From assembly GCA_964519145.1 (NCBI GenBank), contig CAZFHL010000001.1, forward strand, positions 682 through 64,681: a stretch of DNA of 64,000 bases, given 5' to 3'. Source of the stretch: an uncultured Candidatus Saccharibacteria bacterium. Its GTDB lineage: Bacteria > Patescibacteriota > Minisyncoccia > Phycocordibacterales > WO2-35-19. Below are positions 58,899-64,000 of the stretch, piece after piece. The position numbers and the translations under genes are program-made. How positions within the stretch are numbered: position 1 is the first letter of the stretch; every line of letters starts with the position of its first letter. The notes below the pieces were generated by a model. The model was not told the DNA's origin, ran no database searches, and was given only the letters and a program-made list of their open reading frames with translations.

Positions 58899-60608
58899 AT
58901 GAATATTGGTACAAGTAGAATACAAGTCAATATCGGCAATGTATTAAAGATACTTGCTGATAAATATCCAACATTGCATGATATGTTGTTGGAATATATC
59001 CAAAATCCAATTGACGCTAATGCAAAACTTATAGAAATTGTTGTTAATTATAAGACTAGAAATATAATTATCACAGATAATGGAGACGGCTCTACTGTCG
59101 ATAGTTTTGAAGAAGCATTAATGCAAATATGCCATTCACAGAAATTAGATACAACTGAAAAGAGATTTGGAAAGTTTGGTATTGGTCTAGTTTCTGCTTA
59201 TGGTAAGTGTAAATATTTTACTTTTTGTACTATTCCAAAGTCTGGTGGTAGTTATGTAGAATGGACTTTTGATCCTGCAGAAATTGCTAAACAGAATACA
59301 AACGAAATTCCTAAGAAATTGGTATCCGGCAGGTTTAGTAGGGAAGATAAAGGTTCAGGTATCTATAATTGGAGAACAAGAGTTTATGTTCATGATTTTA
59401 TCAAAGATAAGACTAAATCTAGAATTAATTTAGAGTATTTGGAAAATCAAATTACAGCAAATTTTTCTGTTGTTATGAGGAAACGCGGAGTTTCTGTTTC
59501 AATTAAAGTTATCAATGAAAATGGAGATATTCAAGAAGTTTTAATTAAAGCGAGTGATTTCACTGGTAGACCTCTTGCATTATATAAAGCAGGTGGTGGG
59601 GATTCTGGTGATGTTTTATTTAAAATATACACTCTAGATACAAAGAGTGCTCCTAAAGGCAGAATACTTTTCTATGAAAGAGGTGATCCTTATGGAATGC
59701 CTTGTGCCGATTTACTTTCAAACACAAGAGATTTGCTTGATAAAGAAGTAGTGGAGGCTTTAAGTTGCGGTATTTTTGAAGGAGAAGTTCACGCTTCTAA
59801 TATTAAGATTGATGCTGGTAGAAGATTTTTTGTATTAGATGATGCTTTAGTTGATTTATGCTTAAAGTTAAATAAGTGGTATAGAGAAGTTGGATTCAAA
59901 TATGCAGACAGAGAAGTTGTAGCAGATAGAGAACAGAGACTTCAAGATCTTGGTAGAAGATCCATGGAATTTTTTTCACATATGGTTGATGATCCAAAAT
60001 TCCTTCATCTGAAAGAGGTTCTACAATCTTTTAAATTTGGAACAGTTGGCAAAGGTCATACTGATAAAACTGATATATCTGTTGGTAGACAAGCTTTTAA
60101 CACCTTAGCTACTAGTTCTATCCCTAGTAAACCAAAAAGTGATGGTTCAGTTGGTAGTATTTATGATAGGGGTAATGGAGAAGAACGACCTGGACATATG
60201 CCATTCCTTTCTGCTGGACCTAAGGGTTCAAAGAGGATAGTAGTTAAGAATGATTCTCAGGGGCTAATCTTAGTTTATAGCGATATGTTAGGAGAAGATG
60301 CTCCTTATCGTCTTGATCATAGAAAAGGGGAAATGCTGGTTAATACAAGACACCCATATTTTGGAATAGCCGAGAAAGATAATTCTATTTTGATGAGATA
60401 TATGGAAATTTGTATGATATATGCTTTAACAGCCCATACTTTTCCTGAAGAGCGTAGAGATGTTATGAATTTGGGTTTCTATGAATCTTTAAAATCCATG
60501 TTGTTTTGGCTTGAAAAGGCTGATGACTTGTCTGGTAGGAAGCCGGGCAGTGCACTAGCTAATTTTCACAAAAAGAAGAAGGCAGAAAAGGAAGCTAAGA
60601 AGAAGTAA
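58899..60608 (+). CDS. GHKL (HATPase_c_3, MORC/Hsp90-like) ATPase
   Basis: EYIQNPIDA, DNGDG, GKFGIGLVS; C-terminal VNTRHP motif. Confidence 0.8.
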   Translation: MNIGTSRIQVNIGNVLKILADKYPTLHDMLLEYIQNPIDANAKLIEIVVNYKTRNIIITDNGDGSTVDSFEEALMQICHSQKLDTTEKRFGKFGIGLVSAYGKCKYFTFCTIPKSGGSYVEWTFDPAEIAKQNTNEIPKKLVSGRFSREDKGSGIYNWRTRVYVHDFIKDKTKSRINLEYLENQITANFSVVMRKRGVSVSIKVINENGDIQEVLIKASDFTGRPLALYKAGGGDSGDVLFKIYTLDTKSAPKGRILFYERGDPYGMPCADLLSNTRDLLDKEVVEALSCGIFEGEVHASNIKIDAGRRFFVLDDALVDLCLKLNKWYREVGFKYADREVVADREQRLQDLGRRSMEFFSHMVDDPKFLHLKEVLQSFKFGTVGKGHTDKTDISVGRQAFNTLATSSIPSKPKSDGSVGSIYDRGNGEERPGHMPFLSAGPKGSKRIVVKNDSQGLILVYSDMLGEDAPYRLDHRKGEMLVNTRHPYFGIAEKDNSILMRYMEICMIYALTAHTFPEERRDVMNLGFYESLKSMLFWLEKADDLSGRKPGSALANFHKKKKAEKEAKKK

Positions 60609-60666
60609 AATTTAACAAAACCCCACAAGACTTTTAGTTTTGTGGGGTTTTTATCTTATTATTTTT

Positions 60667-61185
60667 TTAAACCAAATCTTTTAGCAAAGCTCCTACTCCA
60701 TAAGCTACTAAAGCAGCGATTAGGCCAATTATGCAAGTTTGCACAGCTGTTTTTATAGAAGATCTATGAGATACCGAACCTCTGATAAGACCAATAATGA
60801 AAAATGTTATGAGTGTTAGTATTGAAGCCGTTTTAAATTCATTTGTTATAGATTCTGGTTTTAAATAACTTATTACATAAGAAATTAGTGGGATAGAACC
60901 AACTATAATAAATGAAAAGAAAGTAGCCAAAGCTGTTTTAAACGGGTTTCCATTGTGTTCCTCTCCGTCTGCCAATAGTTGATCACTATGAGATTCTTCT
61001 GATAGATAATTTGAAGATGCCATTGAAAATCCGTCTGCTAAAACATTTGAAAATCCTAATATAAGAACTATACCAGAATCTAGACTGGCTCCTGCTATCC
61101 CGGCTATTATGGCAAATGTGGTGACTGTGCCGTCTATTGAGCCATATACAAATTCTGGCAGATATTTTAAAAATTTATTTTTCAT
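60667..61185 (-). CDS. VIT1/CCC1 family Fe/Mn transporter
   Basis: VYGSIDGTVTTFA, NVLADGFSMASSNYLS. Confidence 0.92.
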   Translation of the reverse strand: MKNKFLKYLPEFVYGSIDGTVTTFAIIAGIAGASLDSGIVLILGFSNVLADGFSMASSNYLSEESHSDQLLADGEEHNGNPFKTALATFFSFIIVGSIPLISYVISYLKPESITNEFKTASILTLITFFIIGLIRGSVSHRSSIKTAVQTCIIGLIAALVAYGVGALLKDLV

Positions 61186-61335
61186 TTTTATTTGTTATTT
61201 ATATAAAATAAAATTATAACACATTTAATTTATAAAAATATTTTTTCAATATTCAAAAAAATTTTATTTATAAATACATTGCTAAATATTTATAAATATG
61301 GTAAAGTTTTTTTAGAAAAAAGGAGAAAATAAAAA

Positions 61336-63126
61336 TTGGAAAAGAGTAATGAAAAAAGTGTTTATTCGTTAAATAAAGAAACTTTAAGGATATATTGGAT
61401 GCATTCTAAAAAATATCCTGGAATGGTTTTGTTGTCTATTTTTGGAGCGTTGCTAACTATCTTTGCAGATGTGGTTGCTCCAATAATTTACAAAGATTTC
61501 TTCGATTTGTTAACAGTTTCTCAAAAAAATAATACGGTTGTCTCAAATATATGGCAAAAAATGTATTTGATGATGGGTGTTGCTTTTGCTTCTTGGATTG
61601 GCGGGAGGATTTGTATTTATGGTGTTTCAAAATTTGAGATACTTGTAATGGCAGATTTGCCGAATTATTGTTTTGAATATCTTCATAGACATTCTCATCA
61701 ATTTTTTACTGGCAACTTTTCTGGATCTTTAGTAAAGAGGGTAAATAGATTTACTTCTGGTTTTGAAGTGATAGCAGATCAATGCATTTTACAATTGGGT
61801 CAAGTTGCAATTAGGATTTTACTTATCATTGTTGTTATTTTTTGGCAAAATACTCTAATAGGATTTATGTTTTTATTATGGGCTTTTTTGTTCATTATTT
61901 TCAATTTTTTCTTTGCTAAATGGAAGTTGAAATTTGATATATATAGAGCAGAACTTGATACTAAAACTACAGCGGTTCTTTCAGATACTATTGCAAACAA
62001 CATAAATATAAAATTATTCTCTGGTTTACATAGAGAATCTGCTTCATTTAAAGAGATTACCTCTAGATTGGCAAGTGCAAGATATAGATCTTGGAGGATG
62101 GGCGAATATTCAGATGCTGTTCAAGGAGTTTCTATTAGAGTCCTTGAATTTGTTATGTTGGCCAGTGCAATAAATTATTGGTTAAATGGTAGCATAACAG
62201 TTGGCGGTATCATTATGCTTAGATCATATATGTGGCAACTCGCTGATAGGATAAGAGAGATTGGTCAATCAGTTAGAAAAATATATGAAGCAATGGCTGA
62301 TTCAAATGAAATGACAGAAATATTGGTAAAACCTCATGAAATTTTAGATTCAGAAAATGCAAAAAGACTTGTGGTAAAAAATGGGAAGGTCGAATTTAAA
62401 AATGTCGGTTTTAATTACGGTGATCCTAGATATCCTATTTTTCAAAATTTTAATTTAAAAATAAGAAAAAATAGTAGAGTGGGAATTGTCGGTACTTCAG
62501 GTGGTGGCAAATCTACCTTAATTAAATTATTGACTAGACTTTATGATCTAAATTCAGGGAGTATTTTAATTGATGGGCAAGATATTAGAGAAGTGACTCA
62601 AAGTAGTTTAAATGAAAATATTGCTGTTGTTCCTCAAGACCCTGTATTGTTCCATAGGACACTCATGGAGAATATCAGATATTCAAGACCAGGTGCTACT
62701 GATGAAGAAGTAATAAGAGCTTCAAAGCTTGCACATTGTCATGAATTTATATCAAATTCACCTTCAGGATACAATACATTTGTAGGGGAAAGGGGTCTAA
62801 AGCTTTCTGGGGGTGAGCGTCAAAGAGTGGCTATTGCAAGAGCAATATTGATGAATCCTAAAATTATTGTTTTTGATGAAGCCACGAGTGCTCTTGATTC
62901 AGAATCTGAAAAGTTGATTCAAGATGCTATGTCAAAATTAATGGAAGGCAGAACTGTGATTGCTATTGCCCATAGACTTTCTACTATTTCTAAAATGGAT
63001 AACATTGTAGTTATTTCTCAAGGGAGAATCATAGAAGAAGGTAAGCATGAAAGTTTAATTGCAAGCGGAGGGCATTATTCAAAATTGTGGTCTTTGCAGT
63101 ATGGTGGTGATAAAATAATTTCTTAG
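61336..63126 (+). CDS. ABC exporter, fused TMD-NBD (paralog of 42830-44605)
   Basis: GTSGGGKST, LSGGERQR, FDEATS, IAHRLST. Confidence 0.95.
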   Translation: MEKSNEKSVYSLNKETLRIYWMHSKKYPGMVLLSIFGALLTIFADVVAPIIYKDFFDLLTVSQKNNTVVSNIWQKMYLMMGVAFASWIGGRICIYGVSKFEILVMADLPNYCFEYLHRHSHQFFTGNFSGSLVKRVNRFTSGFEVIADQCILQLGQVAIRILLIIVVIFWQNTLIGFMFLLWAFLFIIFNFFFAKWKLKFDIYRAELDTKTTAVLSDTIANNINIKLFSGLHRESASFKEITSRLASARYRSWRMGEYSDAVQGVSIRVLEFVMLASAINYWLNGSITVGGIIMLRSYMWQLADRIREIGQSVRKIYEAMADSNEMTEILVKPHEILDSENAKRLVVKNGKVEFKNVGFNYGDPRYPIFQNFNLKIRKNSRVGIVGTSGGGKSTLIKLLTRLYDLNSGSILIDGQDIREVTQSSLNENIAVVPQDPVLFHRTLMENIRYSRPGATDEEVIRASKLAHCHEFISNSPSGYNTFVGERGLKLSGGERQRVAIARAILMNPKIIVFDEATSALDSESEKLIQDAMSKLMEGRTVIAIAHRLSTISKMDNIVVISQGRIIEEGKHESLIASGGHYSKLWSLQYGGDKIIS

Positions 63127-63274
63127 TTTTAAAAAAGAGCGTAAATTTACGCTCTTTTTCTGTCTTATAAAATGTCATTATTTTAGACTAAACTTTTTTT
63201 GATTTGAAAATTTTTAAACTCAAATAGAAAATCCAAATTACATTAATTCAGATTTTTGTGATATATATTTATAT

Positions 63275-64000
63275 ATGAATATATCAATTGGTATAGTCGG
63301 TCTTCCAAATGTAGGAAAATCTACGCTTTTTAATGCTTTAACAAAAAAGAGTGTTCCGGCAGAAAATTATCCATTTTGTACTATAGATCCATCTATCGGC
63401 ATTATACCTGTACCAGATTTTAGGTTAGATAAATTAAATGAATTTTCAAAATCTAAAAAGAAAATTCCTGCTGTAGTAGAATTTGTAGATATAGCGGGTT
63501 TGGTAAAAGGAGCATCAAAAGGAGAAGGCAAAGGGAATGATTTTTTACAAAACATAAGAGAGTGCAATGCTATTGCTGAAGTTGTACGCATATTTGATGA
63601 TCAAAATATTTTACATGTAGAAGGAAAAGTAGATCCACTCTCTGACATAGAAACAATAAATTTAGAATTAATTTTAGCGGATTTACAAGTGGCTTCAAAA
63701 AGAGCATCTTCTTTAGAGAGAGATGTTAAAAAGGGAGATAAAGAGGCTATTATTTTATCTGAAGCTTTGACCAAAGTTATAGTATGTTTAGAAAGTGGAA
63801 AACTTGCATCGTCTGTTATTTTAGAAGAAAAAGAATTTGTGTCACTCAAACAGATGCAATTTTTGACAATGAAGCCTATTTTATATGTTTTAAATAAAAA
63901 AGCTGGTGGTAAAAATATGGACGAAATAAATGATGAAAGATGGATAAAACTTTTAGATTTTTTTCAAAAAACAAATTCTAAATATATTTTCGTTGATGCA
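63275..64000 (+). CDS. ychF: Redox-regulated ATPase YchF (partial, runs off the window)
   Basis: Manual translation MNISIGIVGLPNVGKSTLFNALT...NYPFCTIDP...DIAGLVKGA. Confidence 0.95.
   Translation, partial: MNISIGIVGLPNVGKSTLFNALTKKSVPAENYPFCTIDPSIGIIPVPDFRLDKLNEFSKSKKKIPAVVEFVDIAGLVKGASKGEGKGNDFLQNIRECNAIAEVVRIFDDQNILHVEGKVDPLSDIETINLELILADLQVASKRASSLERDVKKGDKEAIILSEALTKVIVCLESGKLASSVILEEKEFVSLKQMQFLTMKPILYVLNKKAGGKNMDEINDERWIKLLDFFQKTNSKYIFVDA

Noticed and set aside
1644-63849. Many short antisense or alternate-frame ORFs inside long genes (e.g. 1644-1994, 30832-31227, 47119-47550, 63367-63849)
   Set aside because: Shadow ORFs of well-supported genes, without RBS or recognisable motifs.

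Overview
AT-rich bacterial chromosome segment, most likely a Patescibacteria/CPR (Parcubacteria-like) genome. This is an inference from gene content, apparently leaderless core genes and the DGR type. Core genes lie almost all on the + strand: pyrG, uppP, eno, gpmA, pyk, rpsP-khpA-trmD, rpoB-rpoC-dnaG-rpoD, typA, ychF and two tRNA-Gln. They are interspersed with single-gene accessory cassettes. Main points: (1) A complete diversity-generating retroelement (target/VR, TR, antisense avd, RT; ~47.1-49.7 kb). Its avd gene is put out of frame by a G9/C9 homopolymer, a candidate phase-variable ON/OFF switch for diversification. (2) Two type III hammerhead ribozyme copies on the minus strand, each at the 3' end of a 5'-truncated paralogous gene remnant, in direct repeat around a tspO cassette. 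(3) A family of seven ~120-130 bp dispersed intergenic elements with a covarying three-way-junction structure. (4) A CsoR-CopA copper island next to tRNA-Gln with a recombinase remnant. (5) An NrtR-regulated prs-HAD-NAMPT NAD salvage operon. (6) A divergent pair of structured transcripts encoding micro-proteins upstream of an HTH + GHKL/MORC-like ATPase pair. All calls are by eye from sequence motifs; no database searches or folding programs were run.
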